Positions 1 through 13,302 of a DNA stretch of 64,000 nucleotides are shown here, one piece after another (the stretch's first letter is position 1; each line of letters begins with the position of its first letter). Below the pieces are notes generated by a model. The model ran no database searches. It was not told the DNA's origin and saw only the letters and a list, made by a program, of their open reading frames with translations. Source of the DNA: Octopus sinensis (lineage: Eukaryota); NCBI RefSeq assembly GCF_006345805.1, contig NC_043010.1, positions 50,282,001 to 50,346,000 on the forward strand. Reading direction: 5' to 3'. The position numbers and the translations under genes are program-made.

Positions 1-619
1 ACGATGACTGTATTCAAAACACTTTCAATACAGTAACCATAAGAGCATCACAACAAACCACAGCACATACCCAAGGCACACAGAGCTGCGCTCGGTAGTG
101 AAAGCACAATATAAAAATAAAACTTACTGAATAAAAATAATTGTGTGCATATCGAACTAAGGGGCTTACAAAGACACCTATTGCAAAATAAGGGAACTTT
201 GCTAGTGTCAGTTAGGAATGATGGAGTATCGAACTTCATGATTACATGACTTGGAATACATATATGCCTATGTACATAATTTTTCTATTTAATCCTGCTT
301 CTATTTATTATCCCAACCTTATTACATTTTGAAACTGAATCAGGAAATATCTCTAAGCTACTTGAGTGAAGGAAATAACAAACTAATGGACTGCTTAAAG
401 TCTTATTTATAAACAACATCCGGAATTAACAAAAAAATCTTAATTCAAAACAGATTTTCCTTAATGTCTAGTAGATTTTGGTAACTCTTTATCTTTCTTC
501 CTTTCTTTCCTTTTAAAATATCTTTTTACTTTAAATTATTAAGTTGTTTTCTATATATAAATGACAAGCTGGAACAGGTATGAGTGAAAGAAAATTTTTG
601 TATAGATATAGCCCACTTA

Positions 620-1200
620 TGCATGCCTTTCCTCCCTTGGACACACAAAGACCTGTTGAGGCAAGCGAAGTCGATATCGAACCTCATCCGACGACAGGCA
701 CCTATGCCAACCCCCCTTTGCTTGCGAAGACCTGTTGGGGCAAGTGAAATCGGAATCGAAATTGAACCAATCCTATGACTGGCACCCGGCAGATGCCAGG
801 ACCCCTGGACTGGAGATACGTAAAAAGCACTATCCGAATCGTGGCCGATGCCAGCGCCGCCTCAACTGGCTTCCCTGTCGGTGGCACGTAAAAAGCACCA
901 TCCGAATCGTGGCCGAAGCCAGTGCCGCCTCGACTGGCTTCCGTGCAGGTGGCATGTAAAATGCACCAATCCGACCGTGGCCGATGCCAGCCTTGCCTGG
1001 CACCAGTGCAGGTGGCACGTAAAAAGCACCCACTACACTCACGGAGTGGTTGGCGTTAGGAAGGGCATCCAGCTGTAGAAACATTGCCAGATAAGACCGG
1101 AGCCTGGTGCAGCCTTCTGGCTTCCCAGATCCCCGGTCGAACCGTCCAACCCATGCTAGCATGGAGAACGGACGTTAAACGATGATGATGATGATGATGA
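620..1200 (+). mobile_element. SINE-like family C with internal ~60-bp tandem units and (GAT)n tail (other copies about 7690-8100, 18740-19010, 44390-44800 plus; 16505-16790, 31775-32030, 38760-39110, 43030-43320 minus)
   Basis: Repeated ggtggcacgtaaaaagcacc units, then ttaggaagggcatccagctgtagaa..cccatgctagcatgga..gttaaacgatgatg. Confidence 0.8.
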
Positions 1201-2081
1201 TATCATCAGTATCAACATCATCAGCTTAACATCCACTTTTCCATGCTTGCAGGGATCAGACAAAATTTGTTGAGGGAGATTTTCTAAAGTTGGATGTACT
1301 CCTTATTGCCAACCAGTTTTTCTTTTAAAGCCTGGTACTTACTGTATCAGTCTCTTTTTGTTGAATCGCTAAGTTATAGAGACGTAAACACACCAAGTCT
1401 CATTGTCAAGCTGGGGTGATGATAAATACAACACAAACATGTCCATAGCCAAATACGTTTGTATAGGAGACCAGAAATGAGGAACACCACTTGTAAGACA
1501 GTGACATGATCATTTATGACTATTGTCATCGTTAATGAGATAGAGAGAGTAATATCATCATCATCATCATCATCGTTTAACATCTGCTTTCCATGCTAGC
1601 ATGGGTTGGATGATTTGACTGAGGACTGGCGAACCAAATGGCTGCACCAGGCTCCAGTCTTGATCTGACAGAGTTTCTACAGCTGGATGCCCTTCCTAAT
1701 GCCAACCAGTTGAAAACTGTAGAAATGCATATGTAAGACACACACAGACATCTTTTGTTTTATATATATATAGATTACAGGCACAGACATGGTTATGTGA
1801 TAAGCCTGAAATTTTATGGTATTCTAGGAAATTACATTAAACTATGTAATAGATGATATAGAGTAAGTGGTATTGCTTCCCTCACTTCCCTCGTCTGTGA
1901 TTCATTTCCTTGACCCAGTTTTTAGTCCTGATTGTTAACCACTTGTATTTCTACTTCCACTACACTAAAGGACTGAAAAAAAAAACAACAAACAAATAAC
2001 ATAATAAAAATTTTCTCACACAATATTTTCCCTTATGAAACTGTGTCCTTGAAGATACAGAAAAATCAAATTCAAAATTAT

Positions 2082-2468
2082 ACTCTTTACTCTTTTACTT
2101 GTTTCAGTCATTTGACTGTGGCCATGCTGGAGCACCACCTTTAGTCGAGCAAATCGACCCAGGGACTTATTCTTTGTAAGCCCAGTACTTATTCTATCAG
2201 TCTCTTTTGCTGAACCGCTAAGTAACGGGGACGTAAACACACCAGCATCGGTTGTCAAGCAATGCTAGGGGGACAAACACAGACACACATATATATACAT
2301 ATATACGACAGGCTTCTTCCTGTTTCCGTCTACCAAATCCACTCACAAGGCATTGGTCGGCCCGGGGCTGTAGCAGAAGACACCTGCCCAAGATGCCACG
2401 CAGTGGGACTGAACCCGGAAACATGTGGTTGGTTAGCAAGCTACTTACCACACAGCCACTCCTGCGCC
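2082..2468 (-). mobile_element. tRNA-derived SINE family A, full length (other copies about 20690-21070, 23115-23510, 48548-48925 minus; 36745-37180, 43972-44268 plus; many fragments)
   Basis: Head aggagtggctgtgtggtaag..ggttcagtccc (A/B boxes), internal (TA/TG)n, tail ending gtaaaagagtaaaagagta. Confidence 0.85.
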
Positions 2469-2559
2469 TATACTATGCAATTTACGTGAATAAGTGTTAG
2501 ATGAATAAGGAAAACAGACATTAACATATTCATTTCTACTTATCAATCAAGTCATTTAT

Positions 2560-2560
2560 A

Positions 2561-2602
<42 letters not shown>

Positions 2603-5020
2603 CATTACCATTATTATTATTTTAGTTTGGCTCAAGTACAGTCTTATTCCTGGTAGATTTATGTGGATAGCAGGTTACTATCTGTAACCTTAGGTATCCA
2701 GAAGTTTTCAGCAGTCTTTCAAATGCTTAGAATTTTCCTGATAATCCTTGCTGTCCCTAAGAGGCAAACTTTCTGTAGGAGCTCTACTGGGTATTCTATT
2801 TCAATCCCCTTCAGCCATTTGGAAAATGTTTAGCCATGCCAAATAAAACAATTTTAGTATATTAGAAATTATTTGTTTTCCAAAGGGAATTATATACCAT
2901 TCGATATAGCTAGAGGTATCTATGTTATTGAAGTATGTATTTCTATTTCTAGAAATACATAGATACCTCTAGCTATACTGAATGGTATATAATTCTCTTT
3001 GGAAAACAAATAATTTCTAATATACCAAAACTGTTTTATTTGGAATTGGCTAAACATTTTCCAAAAGACAGTAAATACTATAGAATTTTTAATAAACGCA
3101 GTGTTAGATTTGCTTTACTGTTCACATGCTCCAAATTATTCCAAATTCAAAATTCAAGGGATTGTTTTTTTTCTTCTTCCTTTTTCTTTAAGATCCTGGA
3201 ATCAAATGGGCATAATGGGTTGATAAGTAGGCAGTTTCACTTTTCCTTATCTATGATCATTATGTCCGGTCTATTACTTTCTAACTTCCTGTCTGTTTGA
3301 ATAGGAAAGTCTCACAAAATCATACATTTCTCTGACTCCAGTACTCTTCCAACTTGATGATTGTACCATGAGTTTCCAACTTCACATCCCCATTTCTGGC
3401 ACAGTTTCCAGTGTAGAACTCTTACAACCTGGCCGTGCCTCCATTTCTTATATTCTTCTTGTGCCAACTTGGGGCATTCTTCCACAATATATGCCACTGT
3501 CTCATTCCAAGTTCCACAGACTCTACATTTTTCAGACACGTTCTCTCCATATATATTTTTTCTCAAGTCGTTTGCTTATACCACTTGATCTTGGGCTTCT
3601 ACAATTAGGCTCTCGGCTTCTTTTTTTAATTGCCCCCCTTTTTTTTTAACCAAGCCCAGGATTTTGTTCCACATACATCTTCAGTGGCTCTCCAAAATTG
3701 GCTATGCAGAGGTTTCTCTTCAATCTGTCTGATGTACTCTCTTCGTATTTCATTCTTGTCCTTTTATTATTATTATTATTGTTATTATTATTATTATATT
3801 ATTATTATTATTATTATTATCATTACCATTATTATTATTTTAGTTTGGCTCAAGTACAGTCTTATTCCTGGTAGATTTATGTGGATAGCAGGTTACTATC
3901 TGTAACCTTAGGTATCCAGAAGTTTTCAGCAGTCTTTCAAATGCTTAGAATTTTCCTGATAATCCTTGCTGTCCCTAAGAGGCAAACTTTCTGTAGGAGC
4001 TCTACTGGGTATTCTATTTCAATCCCCTTCAGCCATTTGGAAAATGTTTAGCCATGCCAAATAAAACAATTTTAGTATATTAGAAATTATTTGTTTTCCA
4101 AAGGGAATTATATACCATTCGATATAGCTAGAGGTATCTATGTTATTGAAGTATGTATTTCTATTTCTAGAAATACATAGATACCTCTAGCTATACTGAA
4201 TGGTATATAATTCTCTTTGGAAAACAAATAATTTCTAATATACCAAAACTGTTTTATTTGGAATTGGCTAAACATTTTCCAAAAGACAGTAAATACTATA
4301 GAATTTTTAATAAACGCAGTGTTAGATTTGCTTTACTGTTCACATGCTCCAAATTATTCCAAATTCAAAATTCAAGGGATTGTTTTTTTTCTTCTTCCTT
4401 TTTCTTTAAGATCCTGGAATCAAATGGGCATAATGGGTTGATAAGTAGGCAGTTTCACTTTTCCTTATCTATGATCATTATGTCCGGTCTATTACTTTCT
4501 AACTTCCTGTCTGTTTGAATAGGAAAGTCTCACAAAATCATACATTTCTCTGACTCCAGTACTCTTCCAACTTGATGATTGTACCATGAGTTTCCAACTT
4601 CACATCCCCATTTCTGGCACAGTTTCCAGTGTAGAACTCTTACAACCTGGCCGTGCCTCCATTTCTTATATTCTTCTTGTGCCAACTTGGGGCATTCTTC
4701 CACAATATATGCCACTGTCTCATTCCAAGTTCCACAGGCTCTACATTTTTCAGACACGTTCTCTCCATATATATTTTTTCTCAAGTCGTTTGCTTATACC
4801 ACTTGATCTTGGGCTTCTACAATTAGGCTCTCGGCTTCTTTTTTTAATTGCCCCCCTTTTTTTTTAACCAAGCCCAGGATTTTGTTCCACATACATCTTC
4901 AGTGGCTCTCCAAAATTGGCTATGCAGAGGTTTCTCTTCAATCTGTCTGATGTACTCTCTTCGTATTTCATTCTTGTCCTTTTATTATTATTATTATTGT
5001 TGTTATTATTATTATTATTA
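2560..5020. repeat. Near-perfect tandem duplication, period 1218 bp
   Basis: ORFs 3040/4258 and 3312/4530 are offset by exactly 1218; units are bounded by (TTA)n. Confidence 0.95.
2690..3750 (-). mobile_element. REL-type LINE 3' fragment interrupted by a Penelope-like insertion (duplicated at about 3908-4968)
   Basis: CRVCGTWNETVAYIVEECPKLAQEEYKKWRHGQVVRVLHWKLC and LQKVCLLGTARIIRKIL motifs. Confidence 0.8.
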
Positions 5021-8000
5021 TAGACATTATACAGTATACAATATCATGAGGTTGTTGATTTGAAGATATCGTGTCTACCGGGGGTTTGTACTGTTTGTCA
5101 AGTCACAAGGACCTCAGACAGACAGTACTTTACACAATATGCATGCAGTTCCAGGTAATGCCGACTTTTGCAATACACCTAGATTGTAGTCATGGAATTT
5201 CATCCTGCACATTCTTTGTCCACATTGTTAAAAGAGATGTGGTTGGCTTCTTGAGGTTCACCATCTTTTGTAAGCTCCTGGTGTGAAGGTATTCAAGTCA
5301 TTTGTATCTAATGTGTCTTATCCTTCAATAGCTTTATCAACACCACAACAAAAGGTTGTGTGTTCAGCAACTTAACATGTTCTTTCATTTTCCAGTCATA
5401 GGTCCATGAAAGAAGTTCCATAGTAGGAATGATTTTTTTTTTCCCCAGAAGAGACCCTAGTCTCTTATTCCACACATGTTTTAGTGACAGTACAATCCCT
5501 TCATCATGCAACTAGGCCTTGAAATAGCAGTGAACCAAAATTCCAGCAGACATTTTCTTTCCTTTTGGTAATCTTTCACTCTTAAATATTACCATCAACT
5601 TTTACTTAATTCTATTTTCTGTAAACACACAAACTACAGTATATGTGTTTTCATGACTGTGTGGTCTTTACACGAAAAGTCTTTCTTTCTTTGATATCAA
5701 CAGTACAGTTTCAACAAGATCAAAACAAAAACGTTTCACTCATATTTTCCCTCTAAGCTACAAAGCATGATGTTTTCTTTGCTCCAAAATGAAGACGTGA
5801 AACAAATTTACCTTATCTACTCAGTCACATTGTAATTTTAAGGAATTCTTTGTTTTCTTTTGTAGGCTGTTCATTTCTCACCGTAAGTTCATTCATCAGA
5901 AACTTCAATTAATGGAGTGAGAAATATCTTGGCTGACTTAACTATAACAAAGTTACAATGTAACTTAATGAAATAAATCCTCTGGTCTATTACCTAGACT
6001 AACATTTTCCCCCTACATCTATAGAAATAGAACATGCTTGCTTGTATATGAACTTTCATGTTTTTGGCATTTCATTAAGGCTTCTTACTTGGTTCAAATT
6101 CTGACATATTTCTCTGACACAGAAAATTCCCTCTCAGCAGCTCTTTACCATTAATGTCAGTAAATTCCATAACTTTTAAGTTTGAAAACATCAATAGAGG
6201 GTTAGCGTTTCCTCTTAAGAGCATTAGTAGCCATTATGACAATATTTGATAGAGGGTAAAATTACACCATTTTATACCTACCCTTATAAAATTTTATACC
6301 TACCCTTATAAAAAATAAAATTACAATGGTGTAATTTTATAAAAATAAAATTACACCATTTTATACCTACAAATAGACCCTTATAAAATAAAAGTATAGC
6401 ACAATTTTTGTCCTTGGGTAGCAATTGTTATTTCCTATTTGCATACTTTTAGAAAGTATGAAAAATGACTAATATTTCCTTCAAATTTTGCTTTTTTTAC
6501 ATTTATTCAAACCCCAAAGAGCTCCTCTCAACACATGGCTATGATGCTTCCCTATTACTCCTGCTTGTGATCAGAGATGCACTTATTGTCAGCCACCAAG
6601 GGACATGTTCAAGTGGTTAAGGTCAGGCAACTGACAAGCAAATCTGTGGTATTGAGCAGAATATTTGTTATAACAATATTTCTGCTTCAGCAATTTATTG
6701 CTGAATTTGCTTGAAATGTAATGAAAAATAGATCAGTTTCAAAACATTGATGTCCAGGTCACAAAAACAAAGTGTGAAGGGAATAGTAGTCATTTCCTTT
6801 GATTTCTAGGTAGAAGCAAATAAGATATAACACTTACTGACCAAAGACAAAAAAAGAAAAAGAAATAAATATAAATTTTGTTACGCAGCGTTATTTTTGT
6901 TTTTTCTCTCTCTTGACATTTACTCTTTCCACATTTTCCCTATTTCTGCAACCCTGTTTGTTACAAATTTTGCCATCACCCACTTTCATCAACTATCTTT
7001 GTTTAAATCATCACCATCAACTCCCCACCTATGTTGCTCAATATATCAACCAACCAACCTACTGATCTCTTCTCTAACATGTTTACATACATTTAGCAAA
7101 ACTCAAAAGACCAGATCTAGCGTAACATATTCTGGCTTAGATTTCATACATTGAAATCTAATCTAGTAAATCATTTATTCAAGATAGCTGCACCTATGCA
7201 ATATGCACTCATATGTTTTGGTATTCATAATAGCAGCTGATTTTAGTAATGATGAGATTTCATGCATAAGTTGCAGCTCTGATATAATTTGTATTTAACA
7301 ACATACAAAAAAAAAGTTTAAAAGTAAATATGGCATATCAACTGAGTCCCATAAACATTTATGTGAGTGAGTGAGTGTGTGTGTGTGTGTGTATAAGTTA
7401 CTTGGTGATCCTGCCAGTGCTGGTGCCATGTAAAAAGCATCAAGTACACACTGTGAAGTGGTTGGTGCCTGGAAGAGCATCCAGCTGTAAAAACTATGGC
7501 AAAACCAACCTTGCCTGTACTGGGGCTACATAAAAAGCACTCAGTCCACTCTGCAGGGTGGTTGGTGTTAGGAAGGGTATCCAGCTGTAAAAAACTGGTG
7601 CAGTCTTCTGCCTGGCCAGCTCCTGTCAAATTGTCCAACCCATGCCAGCATGAAAGGCAGATGTTAAATGATGAGATATATATATATATGACCGAGACCT
7701 CTGGAGATATGCTGTGACTGCAAAGACCCGACAAATGAAGTGAGCTCATGGCTCACAGGAAATTGTAGTTGTGATACCCGTGCCTGTGGCACGTAAAAGA
7801 CACCATCCAAATGTGGCCGATGCCAGCGCCACCTTGACTGGCATCCGTGCTAGAAGCACATAAAAAGCACCAACCAATTGTGGACGTTGCCAGCCTCCTT
7901 TGGCCTCTGTGCTGGTAGCACATAAAAAGCACCCACTACACTTATGGAGTGGTTGGCATTAGGAAAGGCATCCAGCTGTAGAAACACTGCCAGATCAGGC

Positions 8001-8865
8001 TGGAGCCTGGTGCAGCCTCCTGGCTTCCCAGACCCCAGTCGAACTGTCTAACCCATGCTAGCATGGAAAACAGACGTTAAACGATGATGATGGTGATGAA
8101 GATATACATACGATGGGCATCTTTCAGCTTCCATCGACCAAATCCACTCAAAAGGCTTTCATTGGCTCAGGACCACAGCAAAAGACACATGCACCAGATG
8201 TCACTCAATGGGATTGAACATAGAACCGTATGGTTGGGAAGCAATTTTCTTACCATGCAGCCACAGTTGCACCTCTACACAGCCACACATGTAAGTTATT
8301 TATAAAACAGAACCAGTCTTACAACTTTATGTTTGTTGGGAATACTATACAACGCTGCCAGTGTTAATTAGGCAATAAATATATAAAGTTGTTATTCTTG
8401 TTAAATAAATCAGTGCAAGTAATAGATGTTATATCATTTGATATGGGTGGATATCACATTGATGTGTAACACATCGTGTTCATTCCTTGTGAATTTGATA
8501 GTTTGTCTTAATGATCAAAGTACTTATAGTTATGGCTTTCTCAGAGGTTGCATCATCACCACCATCAGTACCACCACCACCACCACCACCATCGCAGCTA
8601 TTACCACTGCTATGACCAGCACTATTACTGCCATCCCATAGCACCACTGCCACCAAAACTATTAACCACCACCATCATTATGACCATTTCTATTACTACC
8701 ATCAACAAAGACACCCATGCTATGATTACCATAACACCCCTGACATCCCTACCATGGTTGTTATGGTAACAACCCATGAAAGGAAGTAGAAAAACAAAAA
8801 CAAACAAGAACAACATGCAACAACAACAAAAAAAAAAGCACTGTATGCTTCATGATAAGACTTAC

Positions 8866-9006
8866 CACTTTAGAATGTGAGAGAAGTTGCAAGACGCCAG
8901 GTGTAACACGAGCCCAGAAGTCCATTACGTTGTCTGATGCGGTTTGATGTTGTTCGCTGTTTGCTGGATGGTGCGCAGCGGCTGATTCACAATACATTGT
9001 CCACAA
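8866..9006 (-). CDS. unc79: unc-79 exon (LWTMYCESAAAHHPANSEQHQTASDNVMDFWARVTPGVLQLLSHSKV); last exon found in the window
   Basis: LWT.YCE and FW.RVTP..LQL..H.KV motifs; gtg|gtaag donor implies a further downstream exon. Confidence 0.96.
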
Positions 9007-9497
9007 CTGTTGACAGAAACAAAACATTTTTGGTACATAGTATACATAAGGACATGGTTCTGGGTTCAGTCCCACTGCATGGCACATTGGGCAAGTACCT
9101 TATGATAAGACTTCTCCTGTTTCATTATCAATAGTCTGCTAGTGGGCGACCCCCTTAATTATCAGCTAACATCTTGTTTTAAGTTTTCCTTTACTAAACC
9201 TCATGCCAACTAGAATGTCTGTCTACTCTACTCAGTCCTACCCATAACAGATACTGCCTTCTGTTCTCTCAGCCTTAGATATACAAGGGATTTGATAAAC
9301 TAGTCTATAAATTAAAACTGACACCATAAAGACGAAAAAATCAGTGGCAGGCAGAGTCTTCTTGATAATTTTAGTAACTTCTATGCTGAAGTAGAGACAA
9401 CATGTTCTTTATCTATTTCCTTAACTTCTTGGAGATTTTAGGTATAATTATACTAATGTGTCCATCTGTTCTAATTTAATTAAATTCTATGTCTTTG

Positions 9498-9584
9498 TGC
9501 AGCTGAAGATTGCTCTATATTTTAAGTTGATGTAATGATTGCATTGTTCAATTAAATGGAGTTGCATGAAACAATCGTACTGCA
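9498..9584 (+). ncRNA. Type-I hammerhead ribozyme with extended stem II (Penelope pLTR type)
   Basis: TGCAG-CTGAAGA-(about 58-nt hairpin)-GAAAC-aatc-GTA-CTGCA; stem I is a perfect 5 bp and the core is intact. Confidence 0.75.
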
Positions 9585-10451
9585 TTACCTTTGGATATCC
9601 TTGTTGCTTATTTTGATTTTAATCACCTTATTTTGAAATTGTATGGATAATACCGTACTAAATTCTGGTGCCTCAACTTAAGTATCATATTCATCTGAAT
9701 CTAAATATATATATACATACATACATACAGAGTGTAGACAGTATTTGAGGACAGATTTATGGTTTAAAAAAAAAAGCTTATATAATAAGAAAAAAAATAG
9801 CATAAACATAAAGCTAAATTCATTGCCTTGAATTTTTAGTCAAATGAATTGACCTCAGCAATTATTTAAACCTTTTGATACCAACCTACTTCAGACTGCA
9901 CTTGGTTCCACGATACAAATTTTCTGTGAAAGTCTCATAAGTGTCAAATTTGAACAATTGATTGTTCGGCAATAACCCCCACCACCTGGAAATAATTTTT
10001 ATTTGTTTACTTTTGTTTTCATGTCCTATTGAAGCCAACATTTGTTTTGGAGTCGGTGAGGGAGGTGAAAGGTAATACATGCGCCCAGACAGACACACAC
10101 ATCTATTGATTTTCATGTCCACAAGTTAAATAGTGAAACATACACTCACACACACATACTATCTTTCATATACATGTACATACATATACATCTTTTTTGT
10201 ATGTATGTGTACATGAAAGATAACGGGTGTATGTATAAGTGTGTGTGTGTGCCTGTATGTTCAGGTTTATGTATTTGTATTCACACACACATGCACATCC
10301 TGACCCATACATACATAATCATAAAAAAGGTAAATGATTTTCAATATATTGAGTAACAGAAAACACAAGAAACAAACTGGTGATGTGAATGACTGATAGA
10401 AGGTACATGCACGTACACCCAAACATATATACATACACATAAATGCATATG

Positions 10452-10765
10452 TGGAGGCACAATGGCCCAGTGGTTAGGGCAGTGGACTTGCGGTTGTAGG
10501 ATCGCGGTTTCGATTCCCAGACCGGGCGTTGTGAGTGTTTATTGAGTGAAAACACATAAAGCCCCACGAGGATCCTACAGGAGGTGGTAGTGATCTCTGC
10601 TGTACTCTTTTGCTACAACTTTCTCTCACTCTTCTGTTGGCCTGCTCGCAGAGCCAGTGGGGTGGCGTCATTTGAAGGTTAAAACAGTGTGAAGCGCATT
10701 GTGACCAGCGATGTGTAGCAACATCTGATAGCCTGGTCGGTCACGGTGATCACAGTGACGGTGAT
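10452..10765 (+). mobile_element. tRNA-derived SINE family D (second copy 49474-49785)
   Basis: tggcccagtggttagggcag..ggtttcgattccc A/B boxes; tail ending tcacggtgat repeats; two similar copies. Confidence 0.8.
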
Positions 10766-11480
10766 AAATGCATACACACAAAAATATATACATACACGAA
10801 AATACAGGTGCATACCCACACGCACACACACAGATCTATACATACGCAAATCTGCATACATACATCATTATCATCATTTAATGTCTGTTGCCCATGCTGG
10901 CATGGGTTGGATGATTTGACCAGGGCTAGCAAGCTTGAAGGCTGCACCAGAATCCAGTCTTTTTGGCATGGATGCCCTTCCTAATGCCAACCACTCTGAG
11001 AGTGTAATAGGTGCTTCTTAACATGCCACTGGCACAGATGCCTTTTGCATGACACTGGTATCTGCTACAACTGCAGTTTTACTTGGCTTGATGGGTTTTC
11101 TTCTCAAGCACAGCATAATGCCAAATGGACTTGGTCATTGCCTCCGTGAGGCCTTACGCCCAAAGCACAGCATAATGCCAAATGGTACAAACATATACAC
11201 ACATATTTTTCTTTTGTTTCAGTCATTTGACTGCGGCCATGGAGGAGCACCGCCTTTTGTCGAGCAAATTGACCCCAGGATTTATTCTTTGTAAGCTGAG
11301 TATACTCAATGCCCACGAGAAGAATGAGACAGATCTGAATGGATGGTAGGGTCAAGATTGGAATGTCTTTGACCTGAGGCCAAACAACAGCAACTCATTT
11401 TTTTCATTTTCAAAACATTTCATTTGTAACCAGTAATAAATTGCATTAATAATTTATCTAAAATATTTCCACATACTTAC

Positions 11481-11531
11481 TTGACATAAAATAAAAGCAT
11501 GGAATAGGGAAGACATATGTAGCACTGAAGT
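11481..11531 (-). CDS. unc79: unc-79 exon (TSVLHMSSLFHAFILCQ)
   Basis: TSVLHM.SLFHAFI..Q motif; ttgcag acceptor, caa|gtaag donor. Confidence 0.96.
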
Positions 11532-11619
11532 CTGCAACAAAAAAAAATATCAAAGTTAATTGAGACTAAAATTACTAAACAGCATACATAATATAAATAT
11601 ACGTTACATAACATATACA

Positions 11620-13100
11620 TGGGGAATACCAAATGAACAAAGGGATCGTTTTTATGATATTCTTTTGCAGACTACCTCAAAGACAAATGATAGTGACCTT
11701 GTCTTCATGGCTGATGACTTCAATGGGCATGTTGGGCAGCATCTGAATGTCTTCCGTAGTGTACATGATGGCCATGAAATATGCTCCTGTTACAAGGAGG
11801 GAACAAGGCTACTGGAGTTCTGTGATGCAAATAACCTAATGATCTGCAACACCAACTTTAGGAAGCCTGCCAGTCAACTGATAACCCTATCAATCTGGTG
11901 GCCATACGAGCCAGAATCACTACATTCTCACCAGAAAGTGAGATATATGGTTGCTCATAAATGCAAAGATCTTCCTTGGTGAAGAATGTATCCCACAGCA
12001 TAGGTTTATCATTAACGATAGCTTAGAAGGAGTCCAAGAAGCAGACCAATCTGGAAAAGAAGGATTTGGAAACTTAGAGATCCTTTGAACCGTCAGAGAT
12101 TTAGAGAGGTTCTAACTGAAGCATTGAACAAGGAAGAGGAGGAGTTACAGACATGTAACATAGAGGACAAATAGAAGTTCCTATGAGACAACTTCCTGAG
12201 AGCCAAAGACCAAATTTGTGGCTGGTGCAAAGTCCAAACCACACCTAGGGTGACATGGTGGAGAAACAGTGTAGTTGACAGGGTCATTAGAATGAAAAAC
12301 AGGACTAGAAGGACTGGAAGGGTGATGGTAGCAGAGAACTATATCAGGTAGCTAAAAGGGAAGCTAAGAGACAGGTATATTTAGCCAGGGAAAAAGCAGA
12401 AAGGAAGAAGTTTGCCAATGTTCTGGCAATGTTTTGCCAATGTTCTGAGGACTAAAGGTTTGAAGTGTTTCAGATTGCAAGGCAGTGTATCAGAGAAAAT
12501 TATGTTGTAGGAGAGAAGTCTGATCACATGGATGATGACTCACTTGCATTCTACAAAGTGATTCTACAAAGAAAACAGCTTGGAAGAGTCACTATGAAAG
12601 GTTGCTAAATGTAGAGAATGCATGAGAGAAGGAGAGCCTGCCCAACACAGAAACAACAAAGGGACTGGCGAATTGACAGTAGCTTAGTTGATAAAGCAAA
12701 TAAAGATATGAAGACAGAGAAAGCATCCAGACCATCAGGAATCACTGTTGAGATACTTAAAATATCTGGTAGAGCTGGATGTAGCCTAATCACATGTATA
12801 GTTAATCAGGTTGTCCATGAGGGAATCATACCCAACGACTAGTGTAGCAGCATTATAGTCAACTGCTACAAAGTTAAAGGTGAAACCTGAGACAGAAATA
12901 ATTACAGCAGTATCAAATTACTGGATCAGATGATGAAAGTTACAGAAAGGGTCATAGCTCAATTAATTAGGAAGAGAGTTGGCCAAGATGAGATACAGTT
13001 TGGTTTTGTGTCAGGAAGAAGCACTGCTGATGCTATCTTCCTGGCTAGGCAATTTCAGGAGAAGCATTTAGCAAAAAATAAATTTCTGTATTTGGCTTTA
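11620..13100 (+). mobile_element. Decayed RTE-clade LINE (APE plus RT)
   Basis: DFNGHVG..EGTRLLEFCDANNLMICNTNF (APE) and QFGFVSGRSTADAIFLARQFQEK (RT), many stops. Confidence 0.88.
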
Positions 13101-13302
13101 GCAAGTAAACAAAGGAGAGTCCCTGTAGTCACTCAGCCAACTAAAAACAGCAGCTAATTCTCCTTCACATCTTAACCAAACATCTTAAAAAAGAAAAAGA
13201 AAAAAAGAAAACAGTAAACACAGGCCAACGTAGTGAGATAAAGGATAAGACTGAAATAACTTTGATGAAAGGTCTGCTAGATCAGGGCTGATCTGGGGTT
13301 AA

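Noticed and set aside
780-1030. CRISPR-like spacing of repeated ggtggcacgtaaaaagcacc motifs
   Set aside because: The intervening sequences are similar to each other, the array lies within a dispersed eukaryotic SINE, and there are no cas genes
5870-5905. Minus-strand CTGATGA...GAAA
   Set aside because: No stem I and no UH cleavage site in register
1-8860. Terminal unc-79 exon(s) expected after ...LLSHSKV
   Set aside because: No phase-0 exon resembling the UNC79 C-terminus was found; candidates near 2020-2050 and 5308-5511 give a stop or unrelated sequence
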